The notes under the pieces are model-generated. The model was not told the DNA's origin, did not search any database, and saw only the letters and a list, made by a program, of their open reading frames with translations. A program made the translations under genes and the position numbers. Positions 46,245 to 54,850 of a stretch of DNA of 64,000 bases are shown here, in pieces (position 1 is the first letter of the stretch; every line of letters begins with the position of its first letter). Source of the stretch: Candidatus Micrarchaeota archaeon (GTDB lineage Archaea > Micrarchaeota > Micrarchaeia > Anstonellales > Bilamarchaeaceae); contig CAZBAM010000001.1 of assembly GCA_964490215.1 (NCBI GenBank), positions 130,962 through 194,961 of the forward strand. Direction: 5' to 3'.

Positions 46245-46530
46245 GGCTGAGAACGGGCCAGACTCCCGCCTCTCATCTCATTATTTGGCCCGTTCTCAAC
46301 TTGTTATCCTCCCAACAAGGGCTGGCTCCCTGAGATAAGCACAGGGAGCATAAGGCTGGCTCGTACGGAGCCAGACCTTGTTGCCCGTAAGCAAAAGCAG
46401 GAAACGCCTTGGGCCCTGACCAGTGTCCGGGGCGGTTTTCTTCTCACGCTGATGGCAAGTGGGCATGGATTGACTCCCGCCTCTCGTCTCATCTTTGGTC
46501 CATGCCACTTGTTATCTGGAAAACAACACA
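46245..46530. repeat. two-module hairpin repeat region upstream of the Lon-like gene
   Basis: Conserved ~25-nt segment GACTCCCGCCTCTC(A/G)TCTCAT(TA/C)TTTGG occurs twice (~46260 and ~46470), each presented as the loop of a hairpin with different stems (GAGAACGGGCCA/TGGCCCGTTCTC versus GCATGGAT/GTCCATGC). Each is followed by a TTGTT-loop-AACAA hairpin. Confidence 0.5.
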
Positions 46531-46607
46531 CCGCCTGGGGATCCCTAAAATGGGATCTTCCAGGTAATACTCCTCTATTACCAATCCCCCTTACCCCTCC
46601 AGCGGGG

Positions 46608-46625
46608 TGGGAATTTATATATGGG
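46608..46625 (+). promoter_or_regulatory. TATA box (TTTATATAT) ~25 nt upstream of the Lon-like ATPase ATG; probably a leaderless transcript
   Basis: GGGAATTTATATATGGGCACC. Confidence 0.45.
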
Positions 46626-46642
46626 CACCTGGAAATACTGTC

Positions 46643-48085
46643 ATGGCCAAAGCCCAGGCATTTGACACCACGAAAGACATAGCGATACCCCGCGACCCGT
46701 TTGAGCGCATCATCGGCCAGGACGAGGCGGTCAGGATAGCGCGCATGGTCCCGCACCAGCGCAGGCACCTCCTTCTCGTGGGCCCGCCGGGCACCGGCAA
46801 GAGTATGATAGCGCAGGCGATATCAAGCGTGCTCCCGGCGCCCCATTTTGAGGTTTCCGTGCTGGACAACATTGAGATACCTGAAAGGCCGGTGGTGGAG
46901 ATAAGGGACGAGGGCCGCATAAGCCGGGAGAAGAACGAGGAGCAGAAGGTCGGCACCGAGGTCACGCCACTTGACGTGCCTTCGTTCGTGGCCGAGAGGC
47001 TCGGCTTCAGGTGCAGGCGGTGCGCCGCGCTCAGCCCCTTCACCGACACCATATGCCCGCAGTGCGGTGCCAACAAGGCCCAGGGAAGCACGCTTTTTGA
47101 GAGATACGGCATGCCGCCGCAGATGGCCCCTCCGCCGGAAATGGACCGGATGCGGGTTGCGACGACCAGGCGCCTGCCCGCGGGAAGGGACGAGGTCATA
47201 ATCTACGAGCGGGCCGTGGACGGCAGGATAATCATGCTCACGCAGGAGGAGATGAAGAAGGCCGAGGAAATGGGCAAGAAGTCCAAGCGCAAGGTCATAA
47301 TCCCGCTGAAACGCTCCACGTTCGTGCAGGCGAGCGGCGGCACCGAGACCGAGCTCCTGGGCGACATAAGGCACGACCCCTACGGCGGCCACCACCAGCT
47401 CGGCACGGCAGCGTACCAGCGCGTGGTGCCCGGCGCGGTGCACGAGGCGCACGAAGGGGTTCTTTTCATAGACGAGCTCTCCACGCTCGGCAACATCCAG
47501 CGCTACATACTGACCGCCATGCAGGACAAGGTGTTCCCCATCGTCGGGAGGAATCCCATGAGCAGCGGCGCTGCGGTCCGCGTGGACGCAGTGCCGTGCG
47601 ACTTCATATTCGTCGGCGCGACCAACATAAACGACATTAAGCACATCACGCCCCCGCTCCGCTCGCGCATCAGGGGGGACGGCTACGAGGTGCTGATGAA
47701 CGCTTACATGGAGGACACTGCCGCGAACGAGAAAAAGCTCGCCCAGTTCATGGCCCAGGAGATAACGAAGGATGGCAAGATACCGCACGCCGGATACGCT
47801 GCGGTTTCGCTCGTCATGGACGAGGCGCGCAACATCGCGCGGCGGGTGGACAACGCCAAGGGCCTCACGCTCAGGCTGCGCAACCTCACCGGCATAATAA
47901 AGATGGCAGGCGACAGCGCGGCCATGGAGAAAAAGGAGAGCATAGAGAAGAAGGACGTGCAACACGCGATACATGAATCCCGGAGCATAGAGGAGAAGCT
48001 TAAGGAAAGGTACGGCAACTGGTGGGCGACCGAGGCCGCAGACCACGGAGTGAAAAGCGAGAAGGCCGGGCCGGAAACGGCATGA
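46643..48085 (+). CDS. LonB-like AAA+ ATPase lacking the protease domain, with a zinc-ribbon insertion in place of LonB membrane helices
   Basis: LLLVGPPGTGKSM; LGDIRHDPYGG...GVLFIDEL...FPIVGRNPMSSGAAVRVDAVPCDFIFVGATN...LRSRIRGDGYEVLMN matches the LonB ATPase core; CRRCAALSPFTDTICPQCG ribbon; ends after the alpha-helical lid at 480 aa. Confidence 0.7.
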   Translation: MAKAQAFDTTKDIAIPRDPFERIIGQDEAVRIARMVPHQRRHLLLVGPPGTGKSMIAQAISSVLPAPHFEVSVLDNIEIPERPVVEIRDEGRISREKNEEQKVGTEVTPLDVPSFVAERLGFRCRRCAALSPFTDTICPQCGANKAQGSTLFERYGMPPQMAPPPEMDRMRVATTRRLPAGRDEVIIYERAVDGRIIMLTQEEMKKAEEMGKKSKRKVIIPLKRSTFVQASGGTETELLGDIRHDPYGGHHQLGTAAYQRVVPGAVHEAHEGVLFIDELSTLGNIQRYILTAMQDKVFPIVGRNPMSSGAAVRVDAVPCDFIFVGATNINDIKHITPPLRSRIRGDGYEVLMNAYMEDTAANEKKLAQFMAQEITKDGKIPHAGYAAVSLVMDEARNIARRVDNAKGLTLRLRNLTGIIKMAGDSAAMEKKESIEKKDVQHAIHESRSIEEKLKERYGNWWATEAADHGVKSEKAGPETA

Positions 48086-48254
48086 GACAAGGTGGCCGCT
48101 TTTCACGGGCACCTTGAACGGACCGTCGTTCAAGTGGGCGGAGTGAAAAGCGAGAAGGCGGGACCGGAGACGGCATGAGCGCGCAGGCTGGAAACTGCAT
48201 GAGGCAGGATGGCCTGAACGCACGGAACGAAAACGGGTTGACGCGAGGGATATC

Positions 48255-48740
48255 ATGGACAAACTTTACGAGGACTCGGAAACCGGCTGCTGCCAGAGGT
48301 TCGACCCGAAGCCCTGGGAGGACAAGGAAATCGTCTGGAAGGACAAGCTTTTCGTCAAGGACCACGTCACCAGCATATTCCACATCCCGCTGAACTTCGG
48401 GCAGGTCATCGTCAGGAACATGGGGAGGATAAAGGGCGCCAACGCCCTGCCTGAAAAGGCGCTCATGCTTTCGGACGAGAATTCGCTTTTCGGCAGCGAC
48501 GTATACATCAACGTAAGCAAAAATGTGCCCGGGGCCAGGATGGAGAAGGTATCAGGCAGGTTCCTCACGAAGGTCTTTGAAGGCCAGTATCAGGACATGG
48601 GCAAATGGATAGCCGAGATGCAAAAGCACGTGAAGGCGAAGGGCAGGACGATGAAGAAGATGTACTTTTTCTACACCACGTGCCCGGCCTGCGCCAAATA
48701 CTACGGCAGGAACTACGTGGTCATACTGGCGCAGGTTTGA
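48255..48740 (+). CDS. hypothetical protein, possibly GyrI-like / effector-binding fold
   Basis: C-terminus MKKMYFFYTTCPACAKYYGRNYVVILAQV. Confidence 0.4.
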   Translation: MDKLYEDSETGCCQRFDPKPWEDKEIVWKDKLFVKDHVTSIFHIPLNFGQVIVRNMGRIKGANALPEKALMLSDENSLFGSDVYINVSKNVPGARMEKVSGRFLTKVFEGQYQDMGKWIAEMQKHVKAKGRTMKKMYFFYTTCPACAKYYGRNYVVILAQV

Positions 48741-48773
48741 TGGCAGACGGCAGGACGGCCCTGACGCGAAGCA

Positions 48774-50036
48774 TCACGCTTTCTTCTTGTTCATCACGAA
48801 CAGCGCCAGCCCTATTGCCACGACCACGCCTTCGGCCAGCCAGAGCTTCGGCTCGAAATGGAACAGCATGAACGCGGCGCTGAGCACGCCAAGCCACGCG
48901 AGCACCGGCACGCCTGCGACGCGCGGGCTTGTGAATTCGCGCCTTATTTTGGACGAGGCGAGCGCTATGAGCGCCAGGTTGACGACAAGGTAGGCGATGA
49001 ATACTGCCAGGTCGGTGAGCTGTGCGACCGTCTTTATGTCAAGGGCGAAGGCCATGAACGCCGCGACAAGGCCGACGATGGCGACCGAAAGGTATGGCGT
49101 GCCGCGGGAGCCGACTACGGAGAAAAGGCGCTGGAGCGAGCCGCCTTGTGCCATGCCGTAAAGTATGCGCGACGGGACGATTAGGAACATCAGGACCGTG
49201 TTGGCGGTCGCGAACAGGGCGATATAGGAAAGCAGCGATGCGTACTGGCCGAGGAGGCGCGAAACCACGAGTGTGAGCGGCGCCTGGGACTGCGAAAGCG
49301 CCTCCCAGCCGACCTCGCGCACAGCGGCTATGGCCACGAGCAGGTATAGGACAGTGGAGATCGCAAGCGCGAGGACGAGCGCCTGTGGGACGATTTTCCT
49401 GCTGTTTTTGACCTCCTCTGAGAGGTTGGCCACGTTCTCGAAGCCGATGTACGCGAAGAATATGACCGAGATGGCGGTGAGTATGCCTGCAAAGCCTGCG
49501 GCGGGCATCTCCAGTAGGTTTGCATCCGTAAGCGGGGGCAGTAAAAGCCCTGCAAGGATGACTATCAGGAGGCCTCCAATCTCGATGATGGTTGCAGCGC
49601 TGTTGAACCATGATGACTCCTTTATGCCGAGATAGTTCAGCAATGTCATGACGCCCAGGATGCCAAGTGCTGCGGCCTTGACGTCTACTCCTGTGAGCGC
49701 TGAGAAATAGCCGCCGAAGCCGAGCGCCACGGTGGCCGCGGCTATTACGGTGCCTATGGCCAGCACCCAGCCGACCGCAAAGGAAAGCCATTCGCGCCTG
49801 AACGCCCTGCGCGCGTAATTGTATTCCGCAGCCTCCTTCGGGAACATGCTGGACAGTTCTGCGTAGCTCAGGCTGGTGAAAATAGCGATTACGGCAGAGA
49901 CGAGGAATGCCAGCCAGAGCATGTTGCCTGCGAGCCCTGCACCTATTGCGATGAGGGCGTATATGCCCGCGCCGAGTATGACGCCGATGCCGTAAAGCGT
50001 CGTGCTGAACAGCCCCAGCTCGCGTTTGAGCTTCAT
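48774..50036 (-). CDS. APC-family amino acid permease
   Basis: 12-TM profile with typical APC N-terminus GLFSTTLYGIGVILGAGIY. Confidence 0.75.
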   Translation of the reverse strand: MKLKRELGLFSTTLYGIGVILGAGIYALIAIGAGLAGNMLWLAFLVSAVIAIFTSLSYAELSSMFPKEAAEYNYARRAFRREWLSFAVGWVLAIGTVIAAATVALGFGGYFSALTGVDVKAAALGILGVMTLLNYLGIKESSWFNSAATIIEIGGLLIVILAGLLLPPLTDANLLEMPAAGFAGILTAISVIFFAYIGFENVANLSEEVKNSRKIVPQALVLALAISTVLYLLVAIAAVREVGWEALSQSQAPLTLVVSRLLGQYASLLSYIALFATANTVLMFLIVPSRILYGMAQGGSLQRLFSVVGSRGTPYLSVAIVGLVAAFMAFALDIKTVAQLTDLAVFIAYLVVNLALIALASSKIRREFTSPRVAGVPVLAWLGVLSAAFMLFHFEPKLWLAEGVVVAIGLALFVMNKKKA

Positions 50037-51325
50037 CGGGCAATTTCAGGGGCGACAATCTTTTTTAACTCGTCCCTTGCGGCTGCGAAGGCTGCCTTTG
50101 CGGCTGCGAACGCGGCCTGGACGTCCTCTGACGCGTGGATGCCCCTGTAGGCGGCCACTGCCTTTTCAAGCCTGCGGAGCACCGGGCCAAGATACCGGTC
50201 CGCATCCCTGGAAAGCTCGCGGAGGATGAACGTGGGCTTGTTGCCGTTCACGAACGTGGAGATGAAATCCAGCTTCGCGAGCGCCTTATCTTTCTGGCCG
50301 CTGCTGACGTAGCGGTAAAGCCAGCCGTAGTGGGCGATGAGCTGGTCTATATTGCCTCCGGACTCCTGCAGCCCGTTTTCGCCGATGTCCAACCGCTTCC
50401 TTTCAGGCACGCGGAAAAGCGGGTGCACTGCCCGGATTTGCATGAGTACAAGCTCTTTCGGCGCATTGCGGCTGACCATGCTTTCCAGCTCTATGAGCGC
50501 GTCACGCTTGTGATGGTCAAAGAGGTCGTATTCGTAAATCTGCTCCAGCGAGGTGGCGAACCGGTCAAGCTGCGCGAGCACCCACCTGTCGCGCTCCACG
50601 CGCAGTGCGCATTCCCTCTTGAGGTTGTGCACCGCGATGCCGGCAACCTGCCTGTCCCTCCACTCGCCCAGGCGCGCGCGGAACGCAGCGAACTGGGTGC
50701 ATGCCCTGCTTATCTCCATCGCACGGTCGCTGCCGGCCATCCCAGCGGCGTTTTCAAGCCTGCGGATGGTTTCCTGCAGGCGGCCCCTGGCGATTATGCG
50801 CTTGACGGCCGCATGCGTTCCCGCAAGCCTGCAATCCCTGAATTCCTTCAGGCATACGGCTGCCGATGCCAGCTCGGTGGCTGTGCGCTGGCCTTTCGCC
50901 GCAAGCATCAGGTTCAGCGCGTCAAGGGGGGCGAGCAAGGCCTCGGTTGCTTCCATCTCTGCCAGGCATCCCTCGCGGATGTGCTTGAGCATGCGGACTG
51001 TGCGGATTACGTGGGTGTGCAGCCTGAGCGTGGTCCGTGGCACGCCGGCCTTGACCTGGGCTTCTGCAGCTTGCAGGTCTTTGGAAATTTTCGCGCGGTC
51101 CTCCCTTCGGACGGGCAGGTTCACGTACCATTTGTCCACGAAGACGCCTGAAAGGCCGGGGCGGCGGGTGCCCAGGTGCTTGCCGCTCTCGGTCCTGCCA
51201 GGGGCGCAGCCGTGGGATGCCCTCGTGCGGTCGTCATAACGTTCCATGGCACGCACGAACGCATCCGTCCTCGCGGCCATCCGCTGCTTTCGCAGCACTG
51301 CCACTCCGTAGCGGGTAATTGTCAT
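50033..51325 (-). CDS. conserved hypothetical protein
   Basis: 430-aa protein-like ORF; the overlapping + strand ORF 50135..51151 has H/R/P-rich junk composition and was rejected. Confidence 0.5.
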   Translation of the reverse strand: MTITRYGVAVLRKQRMAARTDAFVRAMERYDDRTRASHGCAPGRTESGKHLGTRRPGLSGVFVDKWYVNLPVRREDRAKISKDLQAAEAQVKAGVPRTTLRLHTHVIRTVRMLKHIREGCLAEMEATEALLAPLDALNLMLAAKGQRTATELASAAVCLKEFRDCRLAGTHAAVKRIIARGRLQETIRRLENAAGMAGSDRAMEISRACTQFAAFRARLGEWRDRQVAGIAVHNLKRECALRVERDRWVLAQLDRFATSLEQIYEYDLFDHHKRDALIELESMVSRNAPKELVLMQIRAVHPLFRVPERKRLDIGENGLQESGGNIDQLIAHYGWLYRYVSSGQKDKALAKLDFISTFVNGNKPTFILRELSRDADRYLGPVLRRLEKAVAAYRGIHASEDVQAAFAAAKAAFAAARDELKKIVAPEIAR

Positions 51326-51380
51326 GGAAAACGGTTGGTAGTTTGTGGTTATAAATATTTGTATCGCATAATCAACTAAT

Positions 51381-51854
51381 ATGACAACCAGAACCAGTCG
51401 TCTGCAGCTCAGTTCCCAAGCCTTAGGCGGCAGGGCTTACTGTTTCTTCAAATCAAGATTGGAAGAAGGAGGCATAGTCAGAAAAGTTGAGGAGAAACGG
51501 CCAGGGTGGAGGACGGAGTTATCGCAATCCCTACCGGAACCGCTCGCCAAAATCACGCCCAGATACAGGATATACAGCACCGTGGACGTAAAGGCCGGGG
51601 CGAAAATAATTATTGATGCCGGGCAGCAACTTTTGGGCATAGCCCGGGAATGGGAAGGCCGGGGTGCGAACTACGTGCTGAAAGTCAGCGTGCCGAACAG
51701 CACCAGCTGGAAGGCTGCCCATGAATTGCAGACCTTCCTTGGGGACTTGTGCAAAGGGCCCGAGCCGGTGGTGGAGAAAATAGGGGATGCCATGGCTGCG
51801 GTCTATTTCATGGAAGGCAGCGGCACGTACACGTACAGAATAATCGGGGGGTAG
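51381..51854 (+). CDS. hypothetical protein
   Basis: ORF only. Confidence 0.35.
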   Translation: MTTRTSRLQLSSQALGGRAYCFFKSRLEEGGIVRKVEEKRPGWRTELSQSLPEPLAKITPRYRIYSTVDVKAGAKIIIDAGQQLLGIAREWEGRGANYVLKVSVPNSTSWKAAHELQTFLGDLCKGPEPVVEKIGDAMAAVYFMEGSGTYTYRIIGG

Positions 51855-51888
51855 AAATGGCGGTCTGCTCAGGGGAGGCTGGATAACC

Positions 51889-52269
51889 ATGATGCACGCA
51901 AAAACCGGCAGGGCGTATGCCATTCTCCAGTCGCGCAGCCCGCCTGGGGAAGTGAAAAGGGAGCTTAACGGCATGAAGGAAGCCGCAGGAAAGCCGGAAG
52001 CGCTGGCAATCCAGGCCTACGGGACGGGCGATTTGGATCAGAAAGGCGCGAATGGCACTGTCATACCGCTCACCATAGTTTCCACGGCCGTGAAAAAAGA
52101 GGCGAATTACATCGTCATGGCAGAGTGGGGCGGCCAATCCAACGAGCGCACCGCATTTGTGCTGGACGATGTCCTGAAAGCTAGAAGCGAGGTTTTCGTA
52201 CCGCAGAATGCATGTATATACTACAGCAGGAACGGCGGGCCGAACTTCCAGTGCTTCGCAAGCGTCTGA
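51889..52269 (+). CDS. hypothetical protein
   Basis: ORF only. Confidence 0.35.
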   Translation: MMHAKTGRAYAILQSRSPPGEVKRELNGMKEAAGKPEALAIQAYGTGDLDQKGANGTVIPLTIVSTAVKKEANYIVMAEWGGQSNERTAFVLDDVLKARSEVFVPQNACIYYSRNGGPNFQCFASV

Positions 52270-52291
52270 CTGCTTTTTCACAGGTGTCTGA

Positions 52292-53728
52292 CTACCTTTT
52301 CGCAAGCCTGGCCAGGCTCTCAACGACAAGCCGGACTCCAATCCCGCTCGCGCCCTTTTCCAGGTAGCCGTGGCGCTCGCTGATGTGGTCCACGCCTGCG
52401 ATGTCAAGGTGCGCCCATTTGCAGTCGCCTATGAATTCCGAGAGGAAGCACGCAGCGGTTATTGAGCCGGCGTCGCCTGTCTCGCTCCCGATGTTCTTTA
52501 TGTCCGCGAAATAAGCCTTGTTCATGTCCTTGTATTCCTGGTCCAGCGGTAAGCGCCACACCCGCTCGAACGTCCGCTCGCCCGCATCGCTTATCACCTT
52601 GGCGAGGTGGTCGTCGTTCGTGAAAAGGCCTATCCGGTTGCGGCCCAGGCAGACGACCATGGCGCCGGTGAGTGTGGCCAGGTCTATCATCGCCCTGGGC
52701 TTCTTCTCTGCCACCCAGGCGAGCGTGTCCGCGAGGATGAGCCTGCCCTCGGCGTCGGTGTTCAGCACCTCTATGGTCTTGCCGCTGTAGGCGGTTATTA
52801 TGTCGCCGGGCTTCTGCGCGCTTCCTGAAGGCATGTTCTCGGTGGCCGCGAAGGCAGCGATGAGCCTTATGGGGAGGTTCATCTCGCTCACAGCCCGGAT
52901 TATGCCCATGGCAGCGACAGCGCCGGTCTTGTCGTATTTCATGTCGTACATTCCCTTGGACGGCTTTATGGATATGCCGCCGCTGTCAAACGTTATGCCC
53001 TTGCCGACCACCGCGTAGAGCGGCAGGCGCTTCCTGTCCTTGTTGTATTCCAGCACGACCATCACCGGCGGGAGTGCGCTTCCCTGGTTGACCGCGAGGA
53101 TTGCGTTCATCTTCATCCTTTTCAGGTCGGTCTTGTCAAAGACTGCCACGTCCAGCTTCCTTTCCTTCGCCAGCTTCCGTGCCTCCTCAGCAAGCAGCTG
53201 CGGGGTGGCGATGTTCGCCGGGTCCTCGTTCAGGTCCCGGACGTAATTCTGGGCGTTGGCCATGATTGCCGCCTTTTTCAGCACGTCGCCCATCGGCTCC
53301 CTGGCCACCACGTCAAGTTCCCTGACCTCAAAATAATCGTCCTTTTTTGTCTTGAACTTGATTGGCTTGTAGTTGGCGAGTATCGCGCCCTCGCATATCA
53401 GCCGGGCGACGTCCCTTGCCGGCTTCAGTAAAACGCAGACGGCCACGGACGGGCTTTTCACATCGGCGGCGTAGCGCACCGCAGCAGCGCCGAACCGCCT
53501 GAGGCAGTCGGCCCTGAACTCCTTCTTCCCGCCAAGGCCGTAGAGGACGAGCTTCCTGAAAGCCGCCTTCCCGTGGGTGTCCATGGCGAGGAGCTGGCCG
53601 GATTTGCCTTCAAACTCGTCCTTGCGCACGGCCTTGGTCACTTCCGGGAACGGAAGCGGCTGTCCCTGCATGACCGCGACCGCGAGAATCCCCTTCACTT
53701 CCCTGGGTTTTTTCATGTTGAGCTGCAT
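52292..53728 (-). CDS. pepA: leucyl aminopeptidase (M17 family)
   Basis: NTDAEGRLILADTLAW signature and flanking metal-ligand blocks. Confidence 0.85.
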   Translation of the reverse strand: MQLNMKKPREVKGILAVAVMQGQPLPFPEVTKAVRKDEFEGKSGQLLAMDTHGKAAFRKLVLYGLGGKKEFRADCLRRFGAAAVRYAADVKSPSVAVCVLLKPARDVARLICEGAILANYKPIKFKTKKDDYFEVRELDVVAREPMGDVLKKAAIMANAQNYVRDLNEDPANIATPQLLAEEARKLAKERKLDVAVFDKTDLKRMKMNAILAVNQGSALPPVMVVLEYNKDRKRLPLYAVVGKGITFDSGGISIKPSKGMYDMKYDKTGAVAAMGIIRAVSEMNLPIRLIAAFAATENMPSGSAQKPGDIITAYSGKTIEVLNTDAEGRLILADTLAWVAEKKPRAMIDLATLTGAMVVCLGRNRIGLFTNDDHLAKVISDAGERTFERVWRLPLDQEYKDMNKAYFADIKNIGSETGDAGSITAACFLSEFIGDCKWAHLDIAGVDHISERHGYLEKGASGIGVRLVVESLARLAKR

Positions 53729-53780
53729 GGAAAATGATTATCCGTTGCGGATTATAAATCTTTAGAGGGGGGGAGCCGGC

Positions 53781-54731
53781 TCAAAACTGGTATTGCATGG
53801 ACGCGCCCACGACCAAGGCCGGGGTGCGGAAAATGAATTCCGCCTGCCGCCCTAAATCGGTCGAGCGGGTGCTTATCACGTGCCTTAGGCCCACGTAGAC
53901 CTTGGGCCGCAGCGGGGCGTTCAGATCCTTGCTCTCGGGGTTCCGCGGGCCCAACGGGATCCCAAGATAGGCGTAGGGCTCCCCCACGAGCAGGCGCATT
54001 AAATCGTATTTCTTTGCTGAATAGTCCTGTACCTCGTGGATGTCCGGGTAGTATTCCGTGTGGACAGTATGTGTCCCATTAACGGCTGTGATTTGGTCCC
54101 AGTACAGTTTATATCCGATGCCGGCATATACTTTTTCGGCTCCTTTCCCCAGTTCTGCAAAAACGCAGGGATTGAATGTAATGGAACCTCCGGGGTTCTT
54201 CATAATTCTGAAGGAGCGAAAGCCTGGCATGGAAGAATAATATGCCCCCTCTGCCTCAACTAAGCGAGACGATTTTGTGGGGACGCCAAGCTCGCCTTCG
54301 ACACCAAAAGCAGCGATAAAATTCTTGTAAAACAGGCTCTGCCCGGCACTAAGGGTGAGCACGAATAAGTTCGAATACACCGGAACACGGGCGTCTCCTA
54401 TGACAACCGGAGGCGAAGACGAGGGGGCAGTTCTTAGTTCTACCGGAAGATTAACCTGCCTGACCACGTTTTGATAATACCCGGTACTGGTGCCGGGCAC
54501 GAAAAAGAAGTGCGACCGCAGTGCGCTGCCGGATACAGCAACCGTGCTATCGGATTTGGCAGCAGGCGCTGCCCGGACGGAGGTAAGCGGGGCCAGCGGC
54601 CCGAAAGTTAATCCAGCGGCAATGGCCAAGCCGGCAGCTGCGAGCTGGAAGCCGGAACCCCCCTTGTGCTTTTGCACTGCGTGAACATCTGCAGTTGCTT
54701 TCAACGGTGAATGAAATGCCAGCCTCATCAT
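53781..54731 (-). CDS. secreted beta-rich protein with bacterial outer-membrane beta-barrel hallmarks (alternating hydrophobic C-terminal strand ending in Phe)
   Basis: Signal peptide (MMRLAF... or GTG start MQKHKGGSGFQLAAAGLAIAAGLTFG...A-AKS); aromatic-rich strands (YAGIGYKLYWDQ); terminal strand LVVGASMQYQF. Confidence 0.5.
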   Translation of the reverse strand: MMRLAFHSPLKATADVHAVQKHKGGSGFQLAAAGLAIAAGLTFGPLAPLTSVRAAPAAKSDSTVAVSGSALRSHFFFVPGTSTGYYQNVVRQVNLPVELRTAPSSSPPVVIGDARVPVYSNLFVLTLSAGQSLFYKNFIAAFGVEGELGVPTKSSRLVEAEGAYYSSMPGFRSFRIMKNPGGSITFNPCVFAELGKGAEKVYAGIGYKLYWDQITAVNGTHTVHTEYYPDIHEVQDYSAKKYDLMRLLVGEPYAYLGIPLGPRNPESKDLNAPLRPKVYVGLRHVISTRSTDLGRQAEFIFRTPALVVGASMQYQF

Positions 54732-54850
54732 GTCAGGTACATATCTGCCAAAATGGATTAAAATGTTTGTTATTGGAAGCCTTATTGGATGAAACGGAAG
54801 GTTGCCCTCGTCCACCAATTATTTTAAGCCAGAGTAACGCATACTGCTGC

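Noticed and set aside
46245-46530. CRISPR array or SRP/RNase P RNA
   Set aside because: Only two imperfect repeat copies of unequal context (not a CRISPR). No recognisable P4 (GGAAAGUCCGG) or SRP domain IV motifs were found by eye.
50135-51151. 338-aa + strand ORF
   Set aside because: His/Arg/Pro-rich composition; the overlapping minus-strand ORF 50033..51325 has normal protein composition.
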